Shown piece by piece: positions 12,960 through 25,800 of a DNA stretch of 64,000 nt (position 1 is the first letter of the stretch; the number at the start of each line of letters is the position of its first letter). A program made the position numbers and the translations under genes. Source of the stretch: Phoronis australis (taxonomy: Eukaryota; Animalia; Phoronida); NCBI GenBank assembly GCA_002633005.1, contig NMRA01000197.1, positions 384,534 to 448,533 on the forward strand. Reading direction: 5' to 3'. A model generated the notes under the pieces. The model was not told the origin of the DNA. It did not search any database and saw nothing but the letters and a program-made list of their open reading frames with translations.

Positions 12960-14200
12960 AGCCAAACTCCCCCCAGATGTGTCCCTGGAGCCCTTCTTTA
13001 ACACAATGTCCCTCATATGTCTCCAGCCCTTCGTTCTAAAGCACTAACTACCTCGGGATATGTTCCCTTCATTAACACAAGCTCCCTCTAGATATGTCCC
13101 CAGCTCTTCATTAAAACAAAGTCCCTCTAGATCGGGGCTTTATTCAGGATTTCGAAAATAGGGAGTCCAAAATGGGGTTCCCAATATTCCAGGGTGTCCA
13201 TGATTCCAACGACGCATTATCCCCACTCCTCACCACCATTTACCAGTAACCTCCTCCCCCCCACACACACAGGGTTTTTTTTTACAAAAAAATGTATTGA
13301 ACAAGGCTTTTACATGTAAGTTTACAGAAACAACTCTCTTGTAGTGATCTGTTTACTAAAAAATCTGACTGGATCAAGAGTTTTGTGTCTAAATTTACGA
13401 AAACAGCCAATAGCTAACCAAACAGGTATTACTGTAACAGATATTACTAATTTGGTTGAATGATGAGTGCAAATTGCTGTTATAAAGTTTACCTATCATC
13501 TTAACTAGCTTTATATTATGTACAATGAGTCATCAAAGCTGCAATTACCAACACAAGAAAAATGCAAAGATGATGCTTAAAAAGATGTCTATGGCAGAGA
13601 CACTCTGGCAACCAAACACTGCTTATGATTGACAGGTCTACTAAATACTTTGAAAATAATTTGAACACTGTAACATTTTATATACATTTTATATACATTG
13701 TATATTTATTTCTGAGTTGAAAGGGCCAACTTCTCTCTTTCATTAACTGGGAGTCCTAGTAATCTTACAATGTGGGTGTCCAAAGGAGAAATTCTGATTG
13801 ACAGGGCGTCCAAATGATACATTGGGCTTCCTTGTCAGGGCCTCCAGATTAGTGCTAGGGCATCCAAATGGGGACGCCCGGACGTACGCTGCATGAAGGC
13901 CTGCTCCAGATATGCCCACAGCCCTTCTTCAGCACAAACTCCCTCTAGATATGTCCCCAGCCCTTTATTAACACAAACTCTGTAGGGATATGTCGCCAGC
14001 ACTTCGTTAACACAAACTCTCTCTTAATATGTCCCCAGCCCTTCATTAAAACAAACTTCCTCCAGGTATTTCCCCAGTTCTTCGTTAACACAAACACCCT
14101 CTACATATGCCCCCCCGGTCCTTTGTTAAAACAAATCCCCTCGAGATATGTCCCATGCAACCCTTAAACACAAACTCCCTCTACACGGTATGTCCCCAAA
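12960..14200. repeat. Degenerate ~41-bp minisatellite interrupted by a hAT MITE
   Basis: Unit approximately agatatgtccccagcccttcattaacacaaactccctct, at ~12960-13132 and ~13904-14200. Confidence 0.85.
13133..13903. mobile_element. hAT-like MITE with 8-bp TSD
   Basis: Imperfect TIRs cggggctttattcag / ctgcatgaaggcctg. TSD ctctagat (13125-13132) / ctccagat (13904-13911). Removing the element and one TSD copy restores the minisatellite unit. A related copy lies at ~46180-46502. Confidence 0.75.
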
Positions 14201-15087
14201 TTCATTACAACCATATTGACTGGATTACCATTCACCTGAGTCACAAAGGGGCTTCTCTGTGGAACAATCTTCCTGAAAGTGTAAGATGCAGAAATCTTCA
14301 CATTCGTGACTACCTAACTTTTTATACCAAAGTTTTGAATACCAACTGTGCCAAATTCGATGGGTGAGTCCCTTGTTTCAAGTAATTTGAGAACCCGTCA
14401 CTCCCACTAAATGACACCTGTTACTGATGCAGTGGTCCCACTCCCGAAGAATTGGTTATCAAATCACTTTTAAATCAGGGACCCACCTATCTGACTATTA
14501 CCACCAAATTTTGTCATTTGATATTTGATAAGTCTTGTAGAGTATAGAGTTGTTTGTACCTTGGTGGTCCTGTTTTGCACCCAATTTATTACAAGCCTTA
14601 TTTATTTATTTATTCTCTGTACGTAGTCCTATCTTTTGCCCACTCATATTTGATGCTGCTCACAAGCACCTGTGCTATTGTTATGTTTGTTTTAACTGTC
14701 AGACTGATGTACAATAAGCATTTTACTGAATACTTACTTGATTGGTGTACTGTTGATCAATGAGGACACTAGATAAAGTGTGTTTTTGTTCCAAAATTAT
14801 ATTATTATAATTCAAGATCTTAATTACTGAGAACTTAGTAATAGCATTTTCAGACCATTTAATCAAAAGACACACATCTTGTAAGAGACCTTGTTTATAG
14901 CAGCAGTGATTAATTTTTAGCAGAAAGTGGAGTTGTGTTTTGACATTGATTTTTGCTCTGAGTGACTAGATTTTTGGTCTGAGCCACTAGATGGGTGGTG
15001 CCGAAACAAACTAGCTCCTTACTGGAATTACCTATTTGTAGACAGCTTATCTGTATGGCTGAAATGCTAGCTATTGCTAGCCATATA

Positions 15088-15512
15088 AGTCCCGTTTAGA
15101 TATCAACTTTTGGCCCGGCGCAACTGACACGGAGCAAATTGACCCGTGTCAAGCGACCGTTTATACACACAACTCACTAACTGTGGCAAGATGGAAATTA
15201 AAGGCTGGAGAGACTGGATCACACATATGCAGGTTTACAAATGACGAGAGTTGCAGAGATAAAGAACCCGTACGTAGGTCATTGCACAAGCGCAGTAGAC
15301 ATGATCCTTTCCGCCTTACTCCAATTTCGCGTTTAGACTTATGATTGACACGGCGCAAGATGTACGAGCGCAAATTACTCTACCTCACAAACATGTGGCA
15401 AAAATTTGTCACCGCGGTGTCAATTTGCACCGTGTCAGTTCGTTTACACACTGGAACAACTTGTTCCGTGTCAGCTGATCCGTGTCAACTTTGTAAGTGT
15501 GTTAACGGCACT
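15088..15512. mobile_element. PIF/Harbinger-like MITE
   Basis: Ends agtcccgttta...taacggcact with ata on both flanks (3-bp TSD). Internal inverted tgacacgg/ccgtgtca repeats. Confidence 0.55.
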
Positions 15513-16843
15513 ATAGTCAGTGAAACTGCTGGGTTAGGGGCCACTCAGCATGTGAGATTGATATTATATGTTTAGTATTGTTGAATCAGCTGGATGTCAC
15601 CCAGTTAAGCCTTCAAAGATTACTGGCACTTAGTAAATGTGTTGTCTAGATATGGCGTAGTTATGGAATGAAAACAAAAAAATGCTGATGACTAAACTTG
15701 TTCACTATCATCTACAGAGCTATTTGAAATTTTTCAATTCCTGCACATAATCGAAGATAGCTCCCTCTCCGGGTTTTTTTAATTACCAAGAGTAGTAATT
15801 GTATGTAATTAACTTTTCTTAGTCATGGTCGCAATTTGCTATTCATTTTTCACATTTAGCCACCAAATAATTTTGTTCAAGTGCATTTTTGTAACTTTTA
15901 TGGATTAGTCATTGGTGTGTTCTGGAGCAGAGTTGCAGGATGTGTGGCTTGTAGTGAGTACAGTAGTTGAATTTTGTGTGTTGGACCTGTCAGCCAGAGG
16001 TTGTATCATAACATGATGGATGGTGTTAGACCTCCAGTCAGCCAGGTTGGACCATCAGTACATGATGGATGATGTTACCCTCATTCTCCACATGTTGGTA
16101 CTACAGGTTAAATCTTCACATTTTTGGTTTGCACCAGCTGAGTTTACAGACACTTCACACTCAGACACAGCAGTGTGATGTAAAAACCGTAGTTTGCCAA
16201 CTTAGATGTAAAGTAATTAATGTATATTAATTTTTGTGTATTTTAGGCCCAGGGTTCTTCTATGTTAGAAGTACCGGCAATGTTCTTTTCAAAGTCTTGT
16301 ATACAAGCACACGTGGTTCAGCATCATGTATGGGCCTTTTGGTATATTTTTGGCCTTTCACAGAACTGCCAGCTTATTATTGCTGGAGACGTGTGTTCAG
16401 CCTATAAAACGAAACGTCATCACCACTATGTCAACTTCTAGAGCTTAATTGGCCTTTACCAGTGACCAACTGTCAAATTTGTCAAATTTCAAGCATCACA
16501 TTTATTGTGTCTAAAATACAATGTGTGATCAGTATGTGGGATTTGTTAAGGACTGTGGTTGGATTAACCATGTCAGTGTTTAATTGACTACATCAACATC
16601 AATTGTGTTTTAACAGATGAGTCAAGCTTCACTCACATGCATTTTTGGTTTTATTCAAATGTTTCGTGGAATGCCATCAGCTTCATGTCAAGATGTATAG
16701 ACATAAATGTGCGCATATAATACAGTACACAATGGCTTTTTCAGCACCTACTTTGAGTAGTACTTTATATTGTTGTATTTGAATGTCTTTGGTCATGGTG
16801 TCAATTTCAACAGTTTGTTTATTCTTTCAGGTAGTCTGCCAAG

Positions 16844-19800
16844 ATGTCCCGGCCTCACACTCCACAGGCAAAAGCTACCACTTTTTTGGAAATGTCCAAT
16901 ATCCCTCCAGCCATATTGACTGAACAGAGTTTTCGACTTGACCACATTGACTTTGTTCCCAACTGTCTCCAAAAAGGCAGTGCTTTTGAAGCCCCCAAGT
17001 TTGAGAAGTTTGAGTAAGTCATTTTGAACAGCACTTTAGTGGAGGCCAAATATGTCAATTTTAAACTGGCTAGTTTAAAAGTTTCTTGCATTTTGTGATA
17101 TTATGAAAATTGTAAGATTAGTCGAAATGCCTGAAAAGTGTTCCAGCCTAAAGTGTCTATTAACCATCCCACTGTTGAGGGCAATTGCATTTGATTTTGA
17201 CCATTTAATTCAGCTATAGAATTGGTATCTACTAATATGCGCCACATATTTATCTGGATGAGGTTTGGTAGATGTGTTCCTATCAAGCTGATAACGTATG
17301 ACAACGAATTTCGGACCTGTCCGACTACTGGTGTGCTACCCAGTGGCAATTTTTTTACGTTTACATCAGTCTGTAACTTCAAAGATCTACGGATTTTCGT
17401 AAAATTTGGCAGATAGGCATTTATTAATGAGGTGACGCTATCCTCGGGGGTTTTAGGATTAATTAGAGGTATTTTGCGCAACCTAGTGGCCATTTTTATT
17501 GTTTTCAAGTCTGCCCCTCAGTCAACCAAACTAGTCTAAGGAATATTTTGGAAATTGGCATGTATGTTCCCAATGTGAAGAGGACAGCTAACGATGATTT
17601 TTCGACTACCTCAACTACTGTGGCGCCTCCTAGTGGCATTTGTTATTCCCATGGCTGTAGCTTCTAAACCCTCTACAGGATCTTAATTAAAGTTGAAGTT
17701 GACAATGAACGACGTCGAATTTCAGACAGATCCGACAAACACTGTGCCCCCCCCCAGTAGCAATTTCATTATTTTATTTTATTTTTCGTTGTCCTCTTTT
17801 TCTCTGAAACTGCTTGACGGATTTTTATAAAATTTGGTAAATAGCTTTCTATTCAAACGATGACATGTTTCTGTTTTCGAACGGATTCAACAAATTTTGC
17901 ACCATCTAGTGACCATTGTTATTGTTTTCATGTCTGTTTTTGGCATCTGCCCCTCTATCAACCAAACCACTCCAAGGATGATTGTGAAAATTGGCATAAT
18001 ATGTTCTCAATGTGAAGACGATGATCAACAATGATTTTCCGATGACTTCCGATGCCTCCTAGTGGCAGATGTGTTTTTTGCGTCTATAGTCTTGTAGTGG
18101 CAGTTTCATTTCTTTCTGTTTTCCTCGGTTTCTCAGAAGTTTCTTGACAGAATTTAATGAAATTTGGTAAATAGCTTTGATGACATATACCAATTTTTGG
18201 ATGGATTCAGTAACCTATAGTCAGAGAACTAACACAGGCCTTTTTATGAACCCTGATCTCCAGCATTATTGCAGTGGCGGATCTAGGATATCACAAGGGG
18301 GGGCCCAACATTTTGTCCGGCTGTAAGCATTTGCGCAAACTGAACCACGATTGTAGATGCACATAGCACTGAGTGGAAATTTTACCTCTAAAAATCAAGT
18401 ATTTTCCTTGATTCCTGAAGTATTATCCAAGAAAAAAAGGCAAAAAAACGGAGAACGTGTCAAATAGAAAAACTTACGGTACCTAAGATTCGAACTCACG
18501 ACCTGGCGGATAGAGCGGGCGTGCGTTACCACTACACCACCACGATTTAACTACTCATTCTTACTAAAAGACCTACTTGTTTATGGTCCACAGCGTTTGC
18601 GTGCGAAACCTACTTCTTTTTGTAATGCTTATTACACGTTTTATATTTTGCTGTGCCATCAATTCTTAACAAATTTGTTGTATTTAAAATAGTCTTCAAA
18701 TGCCCAAAAGACGAAATCCGTTTTTCGTGTTGGCAATAATGACGGGATTGCTTTGGAAATCGTCTTAAGATAAGGCTTGACAAGGAGAGTATTGCGAGTT
18801 TCTTAGTGATTCACTAAGGCTTCGATTAAAATTCACATCTTACCAGCAGCTTCTGTTTTTTCATCGTCACTCAGGTTCCAAAAATGAAGCAAATTTTCTT
18901 CATTGCACAGTGGAGCAGACGACGGAAACGGAGTCGTAGTGCGCAGCACCACTGCCGGTCGCCTGGGATATCGCGAGAGAACCTACTTACGAATACGCCN
19001 GCCCCCCCCCTAAATCCGCCTATGTATTGAATGGTCAGTTCCTTCTAACCCCACAAATCACCTCCGACATGTGCAAGGAACTGTTCTGACCAGTTTTATG
19101 ACAGCATTAGTGCACAAAATCAAAAGTCAATTTTGTAACAGAAGGTGGATTTATAATTTTAAATTATTCAATTTACCAGTAAGTTATTTTCTTTTAGACC
19201 TTGACGTGTTCAGTTAATTTTCGAATGACATCAGCTAATTATCTCTCACTGCAGTACTCTCGTATCAAGAGCCAATGATTGGCTCAAGCAGCAGACTAGT
19301 GTAAATGTTAAAATGGTGGAAACTGTAACCATAAATGCCAGAAATGGTGAGGCTGATCCTGACGACTATCAAGTATACGACCGCAGTGTGGGCGTGCTCA
19401 GATTTGTTCGCATTCTCAGGTAGGTAATGATTCCAATGGATGAAGTACCTTAAGGCCCTTGTAGGACTTGACAAAATGTCCAACTTTGAAGTGACATGTT
19501 GATTTTTATGTGAAACTTACAGATGCAATGCTTTATTCAATGTTCTTCAAAACGATTGTTTTTAGAGTTCTGGATGAGGGGCTATCAAATAATAGGACTG
19601 ATATGATTTTCATGAAAAAGGTCAAAAGTTGCTTGAAAACTGTAGCCGCTTCTTGAACATTAATATTGAATGGAATTAGGTGGACACGTTATTGATACTG
19701 TTATTCCACTTTTCGACCAAATTTTGCCAGAAAGACAAAGTCACATAACCCAATTAACTGCACTTTGATAAGCATTCAAAAATCAGTTTTTGCAGGTTTT

Positions 19801-22800
19801 CTTTCTGAGAATATTTACTTTTACTGTGTTGAAATATGTAGTTTAAATTTGTAGTGTACATATTTGGCTAAATACAGTACATTACGTAGACTTGTTGATG
19901 AGGTCCTACAGAACGTGAAGTTTATTAAGCTCTCAGGCTTGAGTTTCATTCTTGTCTGATGGTATACTATGTAGCTTTTGAGCTTCAGTTAAAGCTGGTC
20001 TGGTTGCTCTCACTTTGAAATGCTCAGATTCATTGCTCATTTAATGTAACTCGACAATTCTAGTTTGTCAGTGGTATATTCTCATGATTTACATAGAAAC
20101 TGTATTGGAATGCCAATTATATGTGGTAACCACTCAAGTACATTTAGAAAAGTTTTGATGTTTGCATGCTTAAGTTTGCTTGAAGGGATTACGGTAAATA
20201 TTCTGTAGTTTGGGACAGGGTCTAAGATTTGCAACACCAAAATTTAAGCTGAAATTGAGTTTTCTTGATTCGGAAGATTGGGACATGGATAATTTTGACA
20301 TTGTTTCGTCATACTTTTCAAATACCAAACTCTGCACTTTTGTGTCAACATAGTCTGAAAATAAAAAAATTATTGAAAATATCTACCAAAAATGCAATGT
20401 TTTCATGTGTCCGCATAGCGTGTTACATCTAAGTTAAATATTTGTTTGTTGTTGATAATTCTAAACTTTCCAATGGGCAATATATATATATATGTATATT
20501 GTTTATTTTTAAAATTTGGTAAAGTCTTTACTCTGTTCATCAAAATGATCAAGTGTTCACTGTCTCAAACTGGAGAAAATATATATTGTATGTAGTTTTC
20601 TATGCATTGCTTCTTCTACAAGACCTTTGGTTGCTTCTGGTGAGCTAAAATGGTTTTTAATAGATCTCTTTTGTACATATTGTCATGAACATAACAGAAA
20701 ATGTATAAGTTTTTGTGATACCTGGGTGTTGAATAGTGTTAAGTGTTTGTGTTCTCTCCAGGGTTTGGTTGACTCCTGCTGAGGCAAATACCACACCTTT
20801 CACGGAGCAACTAGGTTACATTACTATACAGCCAAAGTTCATGGGCCGGGACAGGAGTGATAAGCCAGTTTATGAGAGTGTTGAGGACACAGTCTCTCGA
20901 CTGAATAAAGAATTTCTACAGAATCCCATACCAGGTGGGTGCTACATGTTGGAGGGTAATGGTCTGACATAACAGGCCCGAATTTTGAGAACCAGTTTTC
21001 TCCACTGAATAACGGGCATCAAACTGGTTCTTAAAATACGGGCACGTTATATCAGACTATTGCCAGTTGGAGTGTAATCTGCTCCGACCTCTAAATACAC
21101 CTGGTAGAATTAACAATTTAGGACACAATGCAACAGACAAGGGATTTTTTTCGTTTTATCTGTAAAGGTAAGGAGCACAAAGTAAATGCTTGGTCAGCCT
21201 TAAAGGCCAAGTATGGTGCCAAAATGACTATTTTTACATCTAAAATACGTTTATTGATAAAAAACATCAAAATACTGTGTCATAGCCTACCCCAGTCGTT
21301 AATTAAGTAGGCCTTCGACAATACAGTAACCCCATCACAAACCTCATTTAGCTCCAAAAAAAAACTTGAGACGGCATTTGCGCTAATCGAAGTCTATGAC
21401 ATCGTTACAACAAATTTGGCTTTCACCGTGTCTCCAGAGTATTGGAATCAGAGATGACTCGTTTTTTAATTTAGTGCAAAATATGTGGAAAATCAAGGAA
21501 ACACATTAATTTTTCATTTCATGTCAGTTAAAATTAAAATTAATCAAAATCACTACCTTTAGAATTTTTATTCAATTATTTAGCACACATTCTAATACGG
21601 GCCCGTATGGGAATCCCCTGGGCCCGGGAGTGTGACTGGTGCCGTCGAAACAGCCGGAAAAACAAAACGCTTCGTCTGAATTGTTATCAGCAATTTCCCA
21701 ATGTTTATTATAAAGTGTAATTTGTTTGATACAAAAACTTTGATGTTAGTAACTTTCCATTCATGTCTTTTTGAAGCCAAAGGTGTGAACGCTGTGCGAT
21801 TCCAATACGGACGGCAGTCCAGTGTGTGTCCCGTATGGGTATAGACGACAACAGGCCATTTAATTTGGTGCAAAATACTTAGAAACGTTAGGCTTACAGC
21901 ACATATCAGCATGATCTTTTCGTACAATGCAACTATATTGATTTCAAATTCATTGAAAATTTTACATTAGAAACTCAATTTTCAAAATAAGTCGCCTTGA
22001 AATGCTGCAACCTGTAATCGGTCAAGCTAAAAAAATTGAAAATTTAATAGCAACACAACATTGTGCGTGTCCGTAATAAATTAAAACTACGAAATAAAGT
22101 CTGTATTGCACCCAGTCGTAAGAATTTGTAATCAATTGAACGTTTTAAATTCAGTATCAGAATTCCGTTAGGCCTATGGAAACGACCCAAATCAGACAGA
22201 ATATTCCAGATTTGGGCCGGATTCCCTATACTCTGGGCTGGAGTAGTGACACGAAACGTCGAAGTACACACTGCAGATTTTTTGTAATTGAACACATGAG
22301 CTAGCTCTTTGAAGGCTATCGCCAAAATACAGCTAGGTTGCACTGTGACTTGAGCTCTGTTAAACTATAGACCATAGACTGTAATCTATCACGAAATTTC
22401 ATAGGCCTACCTACAGACTGGGTACGAGTTGTGTTAGTCAACTCGTCGTGAAACTTATATCGCAGAGCCAACGACCAACAACTGGGGTGCATGCAAAATC
22501 TGGGAGACAATTCGGACACTCACCTTGCCCGTTCAGTGAACAATCTAATAAACGTCATTTTCTAGCATTATTCTCGGCCTTTTGAGTTTTCTAACAAAGC
22601 AAGTCTGTTGTCTTTTTGAAACACTACGCTCGTGAAACACGCACGCGCCGTACTAAAATTTTGCGACTACTTTTGGGACATGATAACAGCATCGCAGCAG
22701 TAAAGTTTGTTCTAAATTCGGTTTGTTGGTCTTAAAAATGCTAATAACTTGTAACGAAATGAGACCAGTTCCGACAATTCATCATGACAGTACGCAACCT

Positions 22801-25800
22801 CGTGGCAGCAAAGAACAGTTGATAGAAGAATAAACCGGGGGAAAAGAAACTGTTCAGGTCAGGTGATGTTATCGCCAAACGCCGACTCCCAAGAGCGCAC
22901 TTCAGTTTTAGCAGTAGATGAGCGGTAGGCCTAGAACGATAATTCTTCCAACACCGGTGAATAATTTGGTTTACTCAAAGAGCGGTGCAGCTTTTAATGA
23001 CACTATTTCTGCGTCATATTTTATTTAGTCCTTTTTACCCAGATCGACGCGAAGCTGTGGATTTTGTATACAGCTTTGCACCAAGCCTAAATCAGATCTT
23101 GCGATCGGGAAAGTTTGTCGCCAGACCTTGCCGTGGATACGGATCTATTCCACGCACGGCACACGACGTGATCGGTGGGGAAGTTGTGCAAATGTATCCC
23201 ATTGCCGCTGACATTGTACGCCCGCACACCACGCAAAGAGGCATTTTAGCCCAGAGATCGACAAGTGCAGAACGTCCAAGAAATGGCACTCAGCTGTTAC
23301 GCAGTGTGGCTCCCCAGTAAATTCGTGGCCACGATGATGTCATATGAACCACTTTACGCTGATTGGTTGAGATTTTTTCTGGGGCGCTCGAAGGGGCTAC
23401 GAATTATGAGCGGTGTAATTTGCGTCGCAATTAACTACTTTCCGTGGTATGTAAGAAGCAAAAACAATTATATTTTTTATGAACATTTCTGGTGTCAAAA
23501 AGGTGTTTTAGCCGCTGGACACTGTCTTTAAGACATCTGTTCCTACCACCACACGGTGTTTTGAGAAACAGTGCACTCACAACAATGCTAGGATCCAGTT
23601 TAAAGAATAAAAAAAACAAATTAATTTTGTCTGAAATTTGTGAGATTTACTGCTGATGCAGAACTTTGTTCGGAGAGTGTTCAGCAGTGTTCATAGTAGT
23701 GAGTGGTTGAGGCTGCTCCATCACTGCAGGGGTTCCGTACCCTCTAGATCCACGCTTGATCATAACCTTCAACTCAGTCGAGAAAATGTTCACTTTTAAG
23801 GTTTTAGAAACTGAGGTAAGAACAAACATTTTCCTAATGTATGCTTTGGGGTTTACTTTCTAAATTTCCCTATATAACTTTGTTTCGTGTAGTACTATTC
23901 ACACTTTGTCAGCCAGTAGCATTCATTCTGTGTATTCTGCTCATCCTTCTTCAAGATCTCTCCTGAGTGACATCTGGTGGTGAATGTAAATCTTTTGCCT
24001 GTTGAAGGTCGTATTGTTACCGTGGAGACTCTAGAAATCCAGCACACCAAACAGGAAGAGATTGAATTAGATAGCTGTGCAGTAGATGACTTGGGTTCTC
24101 GCTTTCTCACTGTTCTGAGGATGTTTTATGTACACGGACCTCCAATTATGGAACAAATAGGTAAGAGCAATACTTAATATGAAGTAGTAGTCTGATCGGG
24201 ATCAGTATTGTAGTGGGTGGACCGTACTTTCCTCGTTTGTTCAACCCAGTGGCCGCAAAATGCGGTCATACAACAGTGTGTGTGCGTGCATACGTGCATG
24301 TAGGTCCACTTACCTTATCCTGTGGTTACTTTGCATCTTAAAATCCCTTAGGGGCTCTTTTTGAAACTTGTGTTGCAGACGACAGCATTCTGGTCAGTCA
24401 TGCACCTGTAATACCAGCTACTATGTTTACAAGTGTTCATTTTGAACTATTTTACCGGTTCATTTAAGGATCCATATTGAGAAATTACCATGTGCCCTTG
24501 CCAGGCAAGCAAAATGTTTTTCCAAAAAAGCCCTCATGATTTTTTTAACCTTCTTAGTAGTTCTTTTTTGGTGTTGACTCTTTTATAAATACCTGTTACA
24601 TGTCCTTTCATTGTGCTGTCCGAAAAAATGCTGGTGTAAATGAAAATTGATCTTGTAATTTTTGTACCGTGATAGGACTACAGTTTCACTTCAAGGAACA
24701 TTTGTGAGTCGTGAAAAGTTTCAGAAAAACATAGCGGGAATCATTCAGTGCAGTCGTGGGTAGTCTTGTCTATTACAACTGAATTGTTGAAGTGAATGAA
24801 GAGGCAGCGAGCCCTAGTGGTTGAGAACGGCCCACTCAGTCGAAAGATTTTGGTTTCAAATCCCTCTGACTGCACTGTTAGACTCTTATGTCAGGTCTTC
24901 AGATTTTGGGCCTAGTTTGAAGATTGTTTTTGTATGGGTTTGTGTATGTGTGCTATTCTAATTAATTAATTTCATTTAAAAAGTGACATCAAACCCTCAT
25001 TCGGTCTAAGAAGCAAACTCTTTATTTTAACTTCCTACAGCTATATTAGTTTTGTCAACTTGTTCCTTGTTCTGATGACAAGTTTGTTATTCCGTGAGAC
25101 CGTGCTCGGCATAAGAAGACATGCTGAGACAAGTGAACTTAAAGAGCCTTGTCTCAAGCATGCAATAACTCAGTTCTTTCCAAGCCTTGAAATGGCTTCC
25201 AGCAGTAAACGATCTAAATCTAATTTGTTTTGTGATGGAAAGTGGGGTTTATTATCGCTCTAATTAGCGCATTTTTTGCTTTCACGTTTTTAGATAGTGG
25301 AAATACTATGTGAAGAGAAAGTGCAGCTTAAGTTTACTGAATGTATTTTTCCTGATTCTCAGGCATGGCTGATTTTGTCCCTCGTCATATGGGTCAAGGT
25401 CACAGGGCGGTGGCCTACTATGAAGACTTTGGTCAGCTGTGCGAGACAGCACGGCGGTGGCTTGTGGAACAAAAGGGCATCCGAGTGTGCAACGTACAGT
25501 CAGTCAAGTTCAGGCTGCCAGAACTGAGTAAGTGAACACCGCCTTCAACTGGTTCTAACCTGTTGACACTGGATCATAGTCATCACCTTTTTTTCTGTAA
25601 AATAAATGATTGAAGCTTGATTTGAAATGCCCAAAACTCTTGATTAATAGATCTGGTCTAAAGACAGTTCAGTGGTGTGGTCTGGTTTGAGTAAGCATAA
25701 AATCAACACAATATGATTGAACAGTGTTCATGTTGAGTCTCAGGGGCCCTAGTGTGTTCATGTCGAGTCTCTGGGGCCCTAGTGTGTGCTCAACTCTGTA

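Noticed and set aside
18478-18542. tRNA genes (also 24803, ~26965-27015 on the - strand, and 58076)
   Set aside because: A/B-box-like motifs only, without intact acceptor and anticodon stems. Better explained as SINE or tRNA-derived fragments.
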